Positions 19,071 through 29,563 of a stretch of 43,862 nt of DNA are shown here, piece by piece. Origin of the DNA: Rhodoferax sp. OV413. GTDB lineage: Bacteria > Pseudomonadota > Gammaproteobacteria > Burkholderiales > Burkholderiaceae_C. The DNA lies in assembly GCA_945885775.1 (NCBI GenBank), contig CAMCZF010000001.1, positions 1 through 43,862 on the forward strand. The letters run 5' to 3'. Each line of letters starts with the position of its first letter. Positions within the stretch are counted from its first letter, which is position 1. The notes beneath the pieces are model-generated. The model was not told the origin of the DNA. It did no database searches and was given only the letters and a program-made list of their open reading frames with translations. Both the position numbers and the translations under genes were made by a program.

Positions 19071-19546
19071 CGGGTCACGGCCTGGGCAGCGTCACCGTCG
19101 GCGGCTGGCTCTGCCCACCGCGCCGGTGCAAATACGGCACGCCGCAAGGCCGCCCATTGTTGGGCATTGTCGCCACGTTGCGCCCACAGCCAGATCCTTT
19201 TGCCCGTCTCGGACCGCAGGCTCAAAAGCAGGCCAGACTGCCAGTCGAGGTGATGCTGCAGCACGCCTTGGCTCTGTTCAACAACCCAAGGACCCGTGCC
19301 CCGCCAGCGCCAGACAAGGCCATCCCACGCCAATTCGCCACTGGGCCAGCGCAGCCACTGCCGGACAGCGATTGCCAGAGCGATGGAGAAAGTGATGAAA
19401 AACAGCGCCTGCCGCCACCCTGCCGCGTCAAGAGGATTTAGCCAGGAAACGCCCGTCAGGACGCCCAAACTGGCCAACGCAATCAACAGATACCCGTGGA
19501 TCCGCGACCGCCCCACTCGGAAGGCAAGCGCCGGGGCTTGATGCAT
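19067..19546 (-). CDS. Hypothetical membrane protein (YgfX-like), stop overlapping the rpoE start
   Basis: Two N-terminal hydrophobic segments, Trp-rich C-terminus ending WAALRRAVF. Stop overlaps rpoE TTG start. Confidence 0.65.
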   Translation of the reverse strand: MHQAPALAFRVGRSRIHGYLLIALASLGVLTGVSWLNPLDAAGWRQALFFITFSIALAIAVRQWLRWPSGELAWDGLVWRWRGTGPWVVEQSQGVLQHHLDWQSGLLLSLRSETGKRIWLWAQRGDNAQQWAALRRAVFAPARWAEPAADGDAAQAVTR

Positions 19547-19590
19547 GGTGACAGACGGTCTGGGCGACGCAAGTCAGGCGCGAACGGGAA

Positions 19591-20838
19591 TCAACTCAGG
19601 CGCTTGAACACCAGCGAGCCATTGGTGCCGCCAAAGCCAAAATTATTTTTCAGCGCGACGTCAATCTTCATGGCCCGCGCGGTATTGGCACAGTAATCCA
19701 GGTCGCATTCGGGATCCTGGTTGAAGATGTTGATCGTCGGCGGACTAATCTGATGGTGCAAGGCCAACACCGTGAACACCGACTCAATGCCACCGGCGCC
19801 ACCCAACAGGTGGCCCGTCATGGATTTGGTCGAATTAACGACCACCTGTTGGGCGTGGGCGCCGAGTGCAGCCTTGATGGCATGGGTTTCGTTCAGGTCT
19901 CCGAGCGGCGTGGAAGTACCATGGGCGTTCACATACTGGACGTCGTCCGCATTAACACCCGCATTACGCAATGCGGCCACCATCGCCCGGCGCGGCCCGT
20001 CCATATTGGGCGCCGTCATGTGGCTGGCGTCGGCGCTCATGCCAAAGCCGGCCAGTTCGGCATAGATATTGGCGCCGCGCGCCTTGGCGTGCTCGTACTC
20101 CTCGAGCACCATCACGCCCGCGCCTTCGCCCAACACAAAGCCATCGCGGTCACGGTCCCAGGGCCTCGATGCCGTCTCGGGATCATCGTTACGGGTGCTT
20201 AGAGCCCGCATCGCGGCAAAACCACCAATCCCCAAAGGGGACACGGTGGATTCGGCGCCACCCGCGACCATCACATCAGCGTCGCCGTATTCGATCATGC
20301 GACCCGCTTCGCCAATGCAATGCAGGCCCGTGGTGCAGGCCGTGACCACTGAGATATTTGGGCCCTTGAAACCAAACCGTATCGACACTTGTCCGGCCAC
20401 CATGTTGACGATGGTGGATGGCACAAAAAAGGGCGAAATACGCCGGGCTCCGCGCTGCATGAACTCGCCATGCACCTCTTCGATCATCTGCAAGCCGCCA
20501 ATGCCCGACCCCAGTACGCAACCAATTCGGTTGGCTAAGTCATCATCCAGCGCCGCACCTATGGGCAAACCAGCGTCGGCCACCGCCTGGTGGGCCGCTG
20601 CCACGCCGAAATGGATGAAGGTGTCCATGGTGCGCGCCTCTTTAGCGCTCATGTAGGACTCCAAGTCGAAGCCTTTAACTTCACCGGCAATTTTGCAGGC
20701 AAAGGTGGAGGCGTCAAATTTGGTGATCAGGCCGATACCGGACTTACCGGCCAGGATTTGGGCCCAGGCCTGAGCCACCGTATTACCTACGGGGCTAACA
20801 CAACCCAAACCAGTGATAACAACGCGACGACGGGCCAT
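19591..20838 (-). CDS. fabF: 3-oxoacyl-ACP synthase II
   Basis: [43 protein letters not shown]. Confidence 0.97.
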   Translation of the reverse strand: MARRRVVITGLGCVSPVGNTVAQAWAQILAGKSGIGLITKFDASTFACKIAGEVKGFDLESYMSAKEARTMDTFIHFGVAAAHQAVADAGLPIGAALDDDLANRIGCVLGSGIGGLQMIEEVHGEFMQRGARRISPFFVPSTIVNMVAGQVSIRFGFKGPNISVVTACTTGLHCIGEAGRMIEYGDADVMVAGGAESTVSPLGIGGFAAMRALSTRNDDPETASRPWDRDRDGFVLGEGAGVMVLEEYEHAKARGANIYAELAGFGMSADASHMTAPNMDGPRRAMVAALRNAGVNADDVQYVNAHGTSTPLGDLNETHAIKAALGAHAQQVVVNSTKSMTGHLLGGAGGIESVFTVLALHHQISPPTINIFNQDPECDLDYCANTARAMKIDVALKNNFGFGGTNGSLVFKRLS

Positions 20839-20866
20839 TGAAGTATGCAATCAGGAGTTCATCTGA

Positions 20867-20916
20867 CAAAAGCCGCCGGCGACGGCACGAATTCAGGGCA
20901 ACTGAACGGAGGCGGC
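20867..20916 (-). terminator. Terminator-like/branched hairpin between acpP and fabF
   Basis: GCCGCC (20872-20877)/GGCGGC (20911-20916) enclose TTCAG-GGCAA-CTGAA. TTTTG follows on the minus strand. Confidence 0.4.
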
Positions 20917-20931
20917 ACAAGCCGCATGGCC

Positions 20932-21198
<267 letters not shown>

Positions 21199-21254
21199 TC
21201 AATGATTTTAGCCGTGCTTCGGGCCCATTGGCTTTTCATGCCATCTGGCCTGAT

Positions 21255-22001
21255 TCACATGAACATGCCGCCATTGACATGCAGCTCTTGCCCGGTGACA
21301 TAGGCCGCTTGCGGCGAGGCCAGGTAAGCCACGGCATGTGCAATATCAGACGGCTGGCCCAGGTGCCCCAGCGGGATTTGGGTTAACAGGGCTTTGTGTT
21401 GCTCAGGAGGCAGCTTGGCAGTCATGTCGGTCGCTATGAAACCGGGCGCCACACAATTGACGGTGATGTTGCGCGAACCAAGTTCGCGCGCCAGGGCCCG
21501 CGTCATGCCCGCCACCCCGGCTTTGGCCGCAGCGTAGTTGGCCTGGCCGGCATTGCCCGACGCGCCCACGACCGAGGTGATGTTGATGATGCGGCCATAG
21601 CGCTGCTTCATCATGGTGCGCATCACAGCACGGCTCATGCGGAACACCGACTTCAGGTTGGTGTCCAGCACCGCGTCCCACTCTTCGTCCTTCATGCGCA
21701 TGGCCAGGTTGTCGCGCGTGATGCCTGCGTTGTTCACCAGAATGTGCAGCGCGCCGTGCGACTTGAGCAGGGCATCAATCAGCGCCTCAACCGCTGGCGC
21801 CTCGTTCACGTTGAGGGTGCGTCCGCCGCAGCCAACAAAGCCGGCTAGGGTGTCACTGATACTCGCGGCGCCCTCATCGGTCGTGGCCGTGCCGATCACC
21901 GACAGGCCACGCTGCGCCAGTTCGAGTGCAATGGCGGCGCCAATGCCCCGTGAAGCACCAGTGACCAGGGCGACCTGGCCTTTGAATTCAAGATCGCTCA
22001 T
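21255..22001 (-). CDS. fabG: 3-oxoacyl-ACP reductase
   Basis: TGASRGIG, NNAGITRD, YAAAK, VAPGFI, HVNGGM. Confidence 0.97.
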   Translation of the reverse strand: MSDLEFKGQVALVTGASRGIGAAIALELAQRGLSVIGTATTDEGAASISDTLAGFVGCGGRTLNVNEAPAVEALIDALLKSHGALHILVNNAGITRDNLAMRMKDEEWDAVLDTNLKSVFRMSRAVMRTMMKQRYGRIINITSVVGASGNAGQANYAAAKAGVAGMTRALARELGSRNITVNCVAPGFIATDMTAKLPPEQHKALLTQIPLGHLGQPSDIAHAVAYLASPQAAYVTGQELHVNGGMFM

Positions 22002-22948
22002 GCCAGTGCTGCCTTCACGTCTGACAGGGTAACTGGGTCGCTCACAGCGTAGCCATTGAGCTCAGGGTCAATGCGCTTGACCAAACCAGCCAGCACCTTA
22101 CCCGGACCACACTCAATCAGAGTGCTCAGTCCCCGCGCTTTCATAGCCTGCACACACTCGACCCAGCGCACCGGCCCAAACGCCTGCCGGTACAAGGCAT
22201 CGCGGATCTGTACCGGATCGGATTGCACCGTGACATCGATGTTATTGATCAAGGGGATGCTGGGCGCCCGCAAGGCCAGTGTGGCCAGGCGCTCGCGCAG
22301 GCGCTCGGCCGCCGGACGCATCAAACTGGAATGAAACGGGGCGGAGACCGGCAGAGGCAAGGCGCGTTTTGCCCCAGCGGCCTTGAGTTGCTCACAGGCT
22401 CGCTCAACCGCCGCCTTGCTACCGGCAATCACGGTCTGCGCGGGGTCATTGAAATTGGCGGCTTCCACCACCTCACCCGAACCCGCCCCAAACTCAGCCG
22501 TGACCGCGGCGCAGCCAGCGATGACGCTGGCCGACTCCATGCCAAGGATCGCTGCCATAGCACCGACGCCCACCGGCACGGCATCCTGCATCGCCTGCGC
22601 TCGAAAGCGCACCAGGGGCGCAGCCTCGGCCAATGACAGCACGCCGGCTGCCACCAAAGCTGAATACTCGCCCAACGAGTGGCCAGCCACGGCGGAGGGC
22701 GCCATGCCGACCTCAGCCATCCAGACCCGGTATGCCGCCACACCCGCCAGCAGCATGATGGGTTGGGTATTGGTGGTCAGGGCCAGCACCTCTTTCGGGC
22801 CCTGCCCGATCAGGGCACCCAGGTCCTCCCCGAGCGCGTCGGAGGCCTCCTGAACCGCCTGACGCACCACCGGGTGTGCACCCCAGGCATCGAGCATGCC
22901 AACTGACTGCGAGCCCTGGCCGGGAAAAACAAAGGCAAATGGTGCCAT
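21998..22948 (-). CDS. fabD: Malonyl-CoA:ACP transacylase
   Basis: FVFPGQGSQ, GHSLGEY, VSAPFHS, ECGPGKVL. Start at ATG 22948. Confidence 0.97.
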   Translation of the reverse strand: MAPFAFVFPGQGSQSVGMLDAWGAHPVVRQAVQEASDALGEDLGALIGQGPKEVLALTTNTQPIMLLAGVAAYRVWMAEVGMAPSAVAGHSLGEYSALVAAGVLSLAEAAPLVRFRAQAMQDAVPVGVGAMAAILGMESASVIAGCAAVTAEFGAGSGEVVEAANFNDPAQTVIAGSKAAVERACEQLKAAGAKRALPLPVSAPFHSSLMRPAAERLRERLATLALRAPSIPLINNIDVTVQSDPVQIRDALYRQAFGPVRWVECVQAMKARGLSTLIECGPGKVLAGLVKRIDPELNGYAVSDPVTLSDVKAALA

Positions 22949-22969
22949 GGAAATTTCAAAAATAATGGA

Positions 22970-23025
22970 TGAAAATAGGCTCCAGGCCTTGTACAGCCTA
23001 GGTTTACCGCTATAAATCGAGGAGC
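22970..23025 (-). repeat. Copy D of the ~56-bp element; core overlaps the last codons and stop of fabH
   Basis: GCTCCTCGATTTATAGC GGTAAACCTAGGCTG TACAAGGCCTGGAGCCTATTTTCA. Confidence 0.75.
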
Positions 23026-23987
23026 ACAGCACCCCAGGTGAAGCCGCCACCCACGCCTTCGAGCATCAGCGTGTCGCCCGGCTGAATACGGCCGCTGCGC
23101 ACCGCAACATCAAGCGCCAGCGGGATTGAGGCAGCCGACGTATTGCCATGCTGGTCCAGGGTGACGATCACCTTGTCCATCGACAGTTTGAGCTTGCGCG
23201 CCGTGCTTTGAATGATACGAATGTTGGCCTGGTGCGGGACCAGCCAGTCAATATCGGCCTCGGTCTTGCCGGCCTTAGCCAGCACGGCGCGCGCCGCACC
23301 CTCCAACAGGCCCACAGCCAGTTTGAACACCGCCTGCCCATCCATCTTCAGCAGCGGGTCCCCCAAGACCTGACCCCCCGCCACATGGCCGGGCACACAG
23401 AGGATGCCAACATGGCTGCCGTCGGCGTGCAAGTCGCTGGCCAGAATGCCGGGGACCTCAGAGGTCTCCAAGACCACGGCACCAGCGCCATCACCAAACA
23501 GCACGCAAGTGGTACGGTCCTTGAAATCGAGAATGCGAGAAAAAATTTCGGTACCCACCACCAAGGCCTTGTGAGCCGCACCAATACGGATCATGGCGTC
23601 GGCCACGGTCAGCGCATACACAAAACCGCTACAAACGGCCTGCACATCAAACGCGGCACCACCGGCGGCTCCAAGTTTGTGCTGCAGGATGCAGGCGGTA
23701 GAGGGGAACACCATGTCGGGGGTGGACGTGGCGACGATGATCAGGTCGATGTCGCTGGCTTGCAAGCCCGCCGCCTCGAGCGCAGCACGGCATGCAGGCA
23801 AGGCCAGGTCACTGCTGAAGACGCCGGCGGAGGCAAAATGCCGTGCGTGAATGCCGGTGCGCTCGACAATCCAGTCATCCGAACTTTCCACGCCCTGTAA
23901 GGCTAATTCGGCCACCAGATCAGCGTTGCTCAGGCGCCGCTGCGGCAAATAGCTGCCGGTGCCAGTAATTCGGGAATACAGTGTCAT
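23010..23987 (-). CDS. fabH: 3-oxoacyl-ACP synthase III
   Basis: [36 protein letters not shown]. Confidence 0.97.
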   Translation of the reverse strand: MTLYSRITGTGSYLPQRRLSNADLVAELALQGVESSDDWIVERTGIHARHFASAGVFSSDLALPACRAALEAAGLQASDIDLIIVATSTPDMVFPSTACILQHKLGAAGGAAFDVQAVCSGFVYALTVADAMIRIGAAHKALVVGTEIFSRILDFKDRTTCVLFGDGAGAVVLETSEVPGILASDLHADGSHVGILCVPGHVAGGQVLGDPLLKMDGQAVFKLAVGLLEGAARAVLAKAGKTEADIDWLVPHQANIRIIQSTARKLKLSMDKVIVTLDQHGNTSAASIPLALDVAVRSGRIQPGDTLMLEGVGGGFTWGAVLLDL

Positions 23988-23990
23988 GGG

Positions 23991-25046
23991 TCAGACGCTC
24001 AAGGCGGGGCTGGACTCGGGGAGGACCATGGGTTCGGTGCTGGCCAACAGCGGTGCCGCACGAGCGATACGGGCTTGCACCCGTTGCAACAAGTCGTTGC
24101 GCGCCGCGTCGTAGGCGCGGGTCAGGGCAAAGCCAAAACCAAGTTCATCGGCGGAGCCGTGGCTCTTGAACACCAAACCCCGCAGACCCAATAGTGCGCC
24201 CCCGTTGTATCGGCGGTGGTCCATGCGCTTTTTCAGCGCTGCGATCACCGGGTAGGCGGCCACAGCGGCCATTTTGGTGAGCAAGTTGCGCGAGAACTCG
24301 GCCCTCAGGAAGTCGACAATCATGGTGGCCAGGCCTTCGCTGGCCTTGAGTGCGACATTGCCAACGAAACCGTCACAGACCACAATGTCGGCCTTGCCCT
24401 TGAAAATGTCATTGCCCTCAACATTGCCAACAAAGTTGAGATCGCCGGCCTGGGCTGCAGCACGCAACAGTTCACCCGCTTTTTTGATGACTTCGTTGCC
24501 CTTGATCGCCTCTTCGCCAATATTGAGCAGCCCGACCGACGGGTTATCTTCGCCGTTGAGCACCGATACCAGGGCAGCCCCCATCACTGCAAACTGCAGC
24601 AGGTGCTCGGCAGTGCAGTCGACATTGGCGCCCATGTCGAGCACCGTGGTGGCCCGACCTTTTGCGTTGGGAATCTGGCCGGCTATGGCCGGCCGGTCAA
24701 TACCATCCAAGGTCTTGAGCAGGTAACGGGAGATGGCCATCAAGGCCGCCGTGTTACCAGCCGAAACGGCAGCTTGGGCGCGACGGTCCTTCACCTGCTG
24801 GATAGCCACCCGCATCGAAGAGTCTTTCTTGCGACGCAGCGCGACTTCAAGCGGGTCGTCCATCGTGACCACCTCACTGGCGGCGATCACAGTGGCTCGG
24901 GGATGGACAAAAGACTGAAGCGGCGCGGATAGCCCGACCAGCAGCAGGTGGGCATCAGGGTGCCGCAACAAAAACTGTCGGCAGGCCGGCAGCGTGATCC
25001 GTGGCCCATGATCGCCACCCATGCAATCAACGGCAATGGTGATCAT
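23991..25046 (-). CDS. plsX: Phosphate acyltransferase PlsX
   Basis: [48 protein letters not shown]. Confidence 0.97.
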   Translation of the reverse strand: MITIAVDCMGGDHGPRITLPACRQFLLRHPDAHLLLVGLSAPLQSFVHPRATVIAASEVVTMDDPLEVALRRKKDSSMRVAIQQVKDRRAQAAVSAGNTAALMAISRYLLKTLDGIDRPAIAGQIPNAKGRATTVLDMGANVDCTAEHLLQFAVMGAALVSVLNGEDNPSVGLLNIGEEAIKGNEVIKKAGELLRAAAQAGDLNFVGNVEGNDIFKGKADIVVCDGFVGNVALKASEGLATMIVDFLRAEFSRNLLTKMAAVAAYPVIAALKKRMDHRRYNGGALLGLRGLVFKSHGSADELGFGFALTRAYDAARNDLLQRVQARIARAAPLLASTEPMVLPESSPALSV

Positions 25047-25093
25047 GGCACAACGACGCTATTGGCAGGCAGGCAACCGGGAAGGAGCAGCAT

Positions 25094-25135
25094 CAAAACA
25101 AAGGCCCGAGGCTACAGGTTCAGTAGCATCGGGCC
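25094..25135 (-). terminator. Terminator-like hairpin after rpmF whose inner stem-loop is the 17-bp repeat core
   Basis: GGCCCGA-G-GCTAC-AGGTTCA-GTAGC-A-TCGGGCC, followed on the minus strand by TTTGTTTTG. Confidence 0.65.
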
Positions 25136-25153
25136 CGGATAGAGTGCTTGCGA

Positions 25154-25336
25154 TCAGGCTTCTGACTTGGTCTTGAGGACTTTGCGCCCCCGGTAAAAAC
25201 CGGTCGGGCTGATGTGATGACGCAGATGGGTTTCGCCCGTGGTCGGCTCGACAGCAATGCCGGGTACAACCAGTGCGTTGTGCGAGCGATGCATACCGCG
25301 TTTTGAAGGCGATTTTTTATTTTGCTGGACAGCCAT
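25154..25336 (-). CDS. rpmF: 50S ribosomal protein L32
   Basis: [19 protein letters not shown]...[17 protein letters not shown] (lacks the zinc-binding cysteines). Confidence 0.98.
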   Translation of the reverse strand: MAVQQNKKSPSKRGMHRSHNALVVPGIAVEPTTGETHLRHHISPTGFYRGRKVLKTKSEA

Positions 25337-25454
25337 GGTCTGCTCCTTGCGTCTGTACGCTGTACGCTGCGCGATTGGCGCAGCGGCGGGTGAGTGGAAT
25401 GCACGGCATCGGGCCGCGCGAAGCCCTAGAGTATATCGTAACTTAGGCGCTCAT

Positions 25455-26003
25455 TCAATCAGGGCTGCCGCGCCGCAACTTGGCCAGGGCGGCAAACGGG
25501 TGGGCCTTTTCCGGCTCCTGCGCATCAAAATTCGGATCCGCCACAGCCATTTTGAGGCCAGCCGGACAGGCCTCGTGGCGCGGCACCAGCGGCAGCGCCA
25601 TCAGCAGTTCATCCTCAATCAAGCCGGCCAAATTAAACTGTCGACTGGTCACCAGCAGGTCCTCTTCAGCGTCATCGTCCTGAGCCTCGGCCAGGGCCTC
25701 GGTCTCGACAAATCGGAACCAGCGGTCAACTGCAAGCGCCTGCTCGACAGGGCCCAGGCAGCGCTGACAAGTCAGTGGCAGTTTGGCAGCCAGTGTCAGG
25801 TGCAGCCAGGCCTGGGTAGCGCCAGTTTGGTCCGCGCGCAAGTCGCCCTGGACCGACCAATCAACAGGGTTATCGGCCCCGAGACCTTGTGTTTCCTCGA
25901 TCAGCCGATCGTAATTCGATAGCAAATCACGGCCTGAGCGTGGCCGTGTCGATTCGGCAAAGGCTTGAACGTCAAGGGAGGGTGCCCGGGTTTCATTTTG
26001 CAT
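25455..26003 (-). CDS. yceD: YceD/DUF177 family protein
   Basis: LTCQRCL, LIEDELLMALPLVPRH, HPFAALAKL. Upstream of rpmF. Confidence 0.93.
   Translation of the reverse strand: MQNETRAPSLDVQAFAESTRPRSGRDLLSNYDRLIEETQGLGADNPVDWSVQGDLRADQTGATQAWLHLTLAAKLPLTCQRCLGPVEQALAVDRWFRFVETEALAEAQDDDAEEDLLVTSRQFNLAGLIEDELLMALPLVPRHEACPAGLKMAVADPNFDAQEPEKAHPFAALAKLRRGSPD
25868..25923 (-). repeat. Degenerate in-frame copy (I) of the ~56-bp element inside yceD
   Basis: GCTATCGAATTACGATC GGCTGATCGAGGAAA CACAAGGTCTCGGGGCCGATAACC. Same reading frame as the algR copy. Confidence 0.45.
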
Positions 26004-26028
26004 GGCCTCAGTGTAAGAGAATCACGGC

Positions 26029-26628
26029 ATGACTGAAACCGTACACCGCCGCCTGTTGCTCGGCTCGACCTCTCCCTACCGGCGCGAGTTACTGGCCCGA
26101 TTACGTATCCCTTTCGAGGTAGCAGCGCCCGACGTTGACGAAACCGCCCAACCCAACGAGACGCCACAGCAACTCGCCTGCCGGCTGGCCATGACCAAGG
26201 CCATGACCGTGGCGGCGCGGTTTCCAGACCATGTCGTGATCGGTTCGGACCAAGTGGCGGACCTGGCTGGCCAAGCGCTGGGCAAGCCAGGCAACCATGA
26301 ACGGGCGGTGGCGCAGCTTCGGCAGATGCGGGGGCAGACCGTGATCTTTCAGACGGCGGTAGCGGTGGTCTGCCAAGCCAGCGGCTTTGCGCAGATGGAG
26401 ATTGCACAGGTCAAGGTGCTGTTCCGGGATGTGAGCGACGCTGAGATCGAGACTTATCTGCTGGCCGAGACCCCCTATGACTGCGCCGGCAGCGCTAAAA
26501 GCGAAGGGCTAGGCATTGCGCTGCTGGAGCGCATCGACAACGACGATCCCACCGCGTTGGTGGGGCTGCCGCTGATTCGCACCTGCCGCATGCTGGCTGC
26601 CGCCGGTGTGCGACTGCTGACGGCATGA
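26029..26628 (+). CDS. maf: Maf family nucleoside triphosphate pyrophosphatase (YceF-like)
   Basis: LLLGSTSPYRRELL, VIGSDQVA, LGKPG, CAGSAKSEGLG, ALVGLPL. Confidence 0.94.
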   Translation: MTETVHRRLLLGSTSPYRRELLARLRIPFEVAAPDVDETAQPNETPQQLACRLAMTKAMTVAARFPDHVVIGSDQVADLAGQALGKPGNHERAVAQLRQMRGQTVIFQTAVAVVCQASGFAQMEIAQVKVLFRDVSDAEIETYLLAETPYDCAGSAKSEGLGIALLERIDNDDPTALVGLPLIRTCRMLAAAGVRLLTA

Positions 26629-27413
26629 GTGCTGCGCCACTGCCCGGCAGCGCCGTGGTGCCCGGCAGGCTGTACCTGGTGCCGGCGCCGCTCGATTTTG
26701 GTTGCGAGTTGCCAACCCAGCTGCAGGACAGCCTGCCCCTAGGCACCTTGCAAGTGGCGGCGCGGCTGAACCACTGGATTTGCGAAAACGCCAAATCGAC
26801 GCGCGCATACCTCAAGCGCGTGGACGAACTGATCCCCCTGCTGCAGCCGGTGCAAGCCTTGCACTTGCAGGAATTACCGCGCGAAGTGCACAAAAAAGGC
26901 GACCATCAGGGCAACTTTGACGCCCGCCCCCTGCTGGTGCCAGCTCTGGCCGGTCATGACATGGGACTTGTCAGTGAGGCCGGTATGCCGGCTGTGGCTG
27001 ACCCGGGCTCGTCGGTGGTGCGAGCGGCCCATGACCTGGGCTTGACGGTGGTGCCCTTGGTCGGGCCGGTATCTCTGTTGCTGGCGCTGGCGGCCAGCGG
27101 CCTGAACGGCCAGCAGTTCGCCTTTGTCGGCTACCTGCCGCAGGATGCCGCCGAGCGAACCCAACGCATCCGCGACCTCGAATCCCTGGCTCTCAAAACG
27201 GGCCAAACCCAGCTGTTCATAGAGACGCCCTACCGCAATGCCGCCATGGTGCAGGCTCTGCTACAAACTTTGCAGCACAACACTCGGCTCGCCATCTGCA
27301 GTGGCCTGACGCTGGCCGCCGCGCAATGCCGCAGCCACACCGTCAAACAGTGGCGCCAGCAAAGTGCAGCGCTGGACAAACATACACCTGCGGTATTTGC
27401 CTTGGGCCGCTGA
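26625..27413 (+). CDS. SAM-dependent methyltransferase, tetrapyrrole methylase/RsmI-like family
   Basis: LYLVPAPL, SEAGMPAVADPG, LAASGLNGQQFAFVGYLP, FIETPYRN. Confidence 0.85.
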   Translation: MSAAPLPGSAVVPGRLYLVPAPLDFGCELPTQLQDSLPLGTLQVAARLNHWICENAKSTRAYLKRVDELIPLLQPVQALHLQELPREVHKKGDHQGNFDARPLLVPALAGHDMGLVSEAGMPAVADPGSSVVRAAHDLGLTVVPLVGPVSLLLALAASGLNGQQFAFVGYLPQDAAERTQRIRDLESLALKTGQTQLFIETPYRNAAMVQALLQTLQHNTRLAICSGLTLAAAQCRSHTVKQWRQQSAALDKHTPAVFALGR

Positions 27414-27427
27414 GCCCACCGCGGCTT

Positions 27428-28486
27428 TTAGCGTAGCACCGCGCTGTGGCCGAGGGTGCGCACCGCGGCCTCGCCGATGGAGGCACCAAAACGCTTGACC
27501 AGACGCTCGGCCACGTTTTCGTGACGCGTGTAGTCAACGATGTCCTCGGCTTTGACGACTTCTCGCGCCACATAGTCCAGGTTGGCCAACTGGTCTGCCA
27601 GACCGAGCGCCACCGCCTGCTCGCCACTCCAGAACAGGCCGCTGAAGGTCTCCGGCGTCTCTTTCAGGCGCGCACCGCGTCCAGCCCTCACCACAGCAAT
27701 GAATTGCAAATGAATTTGGTCCAACATGGATTGGGCAAACACCCTCTGTTTGTCGGTCTGCGGGCTGAACGGGTCGAGAAAGCCTTTGTTTTCACCCGCG
27801 GTCATCAGACGGCGCTCAATGCCCAGCTTGTCCATCAGCCCGGTGAAGCCAAAGCCATCCATCAGCACGCCAATGCTGCCCACAATGCTGGCCTTGTCGA
27901 CAAAAATCTTGTCGGCTGCCACGGCAATGTAATAAGCGGCCGAGGCGCAAGACTCTTCCACCACGGCATAGACCGGCTTTTGGTGCTTGGCTTTCAGACG
28001 GCGAATCTCGTCGTTGATGATGCCGGCCTGGACCGGACTGCCGCCCGGTGAATTGATCAATAGCACCACGGCCAAAGCGCCCTGGTCCTCAAAGGCCGCC
28101 CTTAGCGAGGCGCCAATCGCGTCGGCACTGGCCTCAGCACCTGAGGCGATCTCGCCCTTGATCTCGACCACCGCCGTGTGGGGCTGCGAGACATCGCGGG
28201 TTGGCCCATTTTGGCTAAAACCAATCCAGGCCACCACCATCAAAAAACCAAGCCAAGCCAGGCGCACGCCGTTGCGCCAGCGTCGCGCCACCCGCTGCTC
28301 TTCCAGCGCTGCAAAAGCCAGTTTTTCCAGCGTGGCGCGCTCCCACCCTGGGGCTGCCGGCTGGCCGAACTTCGCTTCATTTTTCATAGCGCTAGCGTCA
28401 ATACCAGCAAGGCTTGGCGGCTGATTTGATGGATCGGATACAGAAGAAGGCGTGGTACCAGGCTCAGGGCTCAGAGGGTCGTTCAT
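27428..28486 (-). CDS. sppA: S49 family peptidase (SppA-like)
   Basis: INSPGGSPVQ, CASAAYYIA, SIVGSIGV, FSGLFWSG. ATG immediately after the Rieske stop. Confidence 0.9.
   Translation of the reverse strand: MNDPLSPEPGTTPSSVSDPSNQPPSLAGIDASAMKNEAKFGQPAAPGWERATLEKLAFAALEEQRVARRWRNGVRLAWLGFLMVVAWIGFSQNGPTRDVSQPHTAVVEIKGEIASGAEASADAIGASLRAAFEDQGALAVVLLINSPGGSPVQAGIINDEIRRLKAKHQKPVYAVVEESCASAAYYIAVAADKIFVDKASIVGSIGVLMDGFGFTGLMDKLGIERRLMTAGENKGFLDPFSPQTDKQRVFAQSMLDQIHLQFIAVVRAGRGARLKETPETFSGLFWSGEQAVALGLADQLANLDYVAREVVKAEDIVDYTRHENVAERLVKRFGASIGEAAVRTLGHSAVLR
28374..28429 (+). repeat. Copy F of the ~56-bp element, inside the sppA 5' region (antisense to the gene)
   Basis: GCTTCATTTTTCATAGC GCTAGCGTCAATACC AGCAAGGCTTGGCGGCTGATTTGA. 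Encodes NQPPSLAGIDASAMKNEA. Confidence 0.7.
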
Positions 28487-28864
28487 TCAAAACTCAAGGG
28501 GTTGCAGGTTGTGGGCAGTATGCCAGTGCACGACGCCGTCGCCCTCGGACAAGGTGATTTTGATCAGGCCACCCCGACAAGGGCCGCTGCGGCACTGGCC
28601 GATCTGCGGTTGGTACAGCGCGCCGTGGGTAGCACAGATCAGCCAGTCGCCACTGATGTCAAAGAAACGATTGGGCTGGAAATCCATCTCCATGGCCACA
28701 TGGGCACAGCGGTTCAGGTAGCCGTGCACCTGGCCTTGGTAGCGAATGGCAAAGGCGCGGCAGGTCTGGCCGCCAAACACCACGTCAAACGGCACCGCCA
28801 GGCCGCCATTCGTCAAATCGGCCGAGCCGCACAGCGCAATCGCTTCGTTGTTCGGCATGCTCAT
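28487..28864 (-). CDS. Rieske [2Fe-2S] ferredoxin
   Basis: NRCAHV...ICATHGALY (CxH...CxxH), GPC. Confidence 0.92.
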   Translation of the reverse strand: MSMPNNEAIALCGSADLTNGGLAVPFDVVFGGQTCRAFAIRYQGQVHGYLNRCAHVAMEMDFQPNRFFDISGDWLICATHGALYQPQIGQCRSGPCRGGLIKITLSEGDGVVHWHTAHNLQPLEF

Positions 28865-28873
28865 AGCCCGGCA

Positions 28874-29563
28874 TCAGCCATGGTGCAGCAGCCACTGGTG
28901 CAATTGCGGCACAGAGTGCGCGACAAACAGCGGCCCGAGCTCGCCAAAAGCCTCCGGGCTGTGCGCACCATAGCTCACAGCCACACTGGCGCAGCCGGCA
29001 TTGCGCGCCATCTGAAGGTCATGGGTGGTGTCGCCGATCATCAAGGTGCGCGCCGGCGTGACACCGAACTCGGCCATGAGCTCGTGCAGCATGCGCGGGT
29101 GCGGCTTCCCGGCCGTCTCGTCAGCAGTGCGGGAGGCATCAAACAGACCACGCAACTCGACCGCCTGCAGCGCGACGTCAAGGCCGCTGCGGCTTTTGCC
29201 CGTTGCCACCGTCAGCCAGTGCTGGCGCGCCTTGAGCTCAGCCAGCATCGCCAGGGTACCGTCAAACAGGCTGATGCGGTGCTGATCGGCCATATAGTGG
29301 TGGCGGTAGCGCTCGCCAAGCTCTGGGTGGCGCGACTCTGGCACATCGGGCGCAGCATGGGCCAAGGCCGCCCTCAGGCCCATGCCAATTACAAAAGCGG
29401 CATCTCGGTCGCTAGGAACGGTTCCGCCCACATCGCGCACTGCCAACTGGATGCTGCGCGCAATGATGGCGGTGGAGTCGAACAGAGTGCCGTCCCAGTC
29501 AAAAGCAATCAAATCATATTGACGGCGGCGGGCGGCAGATTCAGGCTGGGACAGGGGTGACAT
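28874..29563 (-). CDS. HAD-IA hydrolase (phosphoglycolate phosphatase-like)
   Basis: FDWDGTL, VATGK, KPHPRML, MIGDTTHDLQMA, VSYGAH. Confidence 0.9.
   Translation of the reverse strand: MSPLSQPESAARRRQYDLIAFDWDGTLFDSTAIIARSIQLAVRDVGGTVPSDRDAAFVIGMGLRAALAHAAPDVPESRHPELGERYRHHYMADQHRISLFDGTLAMLAELKARQHWLTVATGKSRSGLDVALQAVELRGLFDASRTADETAGKPHPRMLHELMAEFGVTPARTLMIGDTTHDLQMARNAGCASVAVSYGAHSPEAFGELGPLFVAHSVPQLHQWLLHHG

Noticed and set aside
27260-27276. GCTACAAACTTTGCAGC in the methyltransferase gene, resembling the repeat core
   Set aside because: One arm mismatch and no spacer or tail similarity in either orientation; cannot be distinguished from chance.
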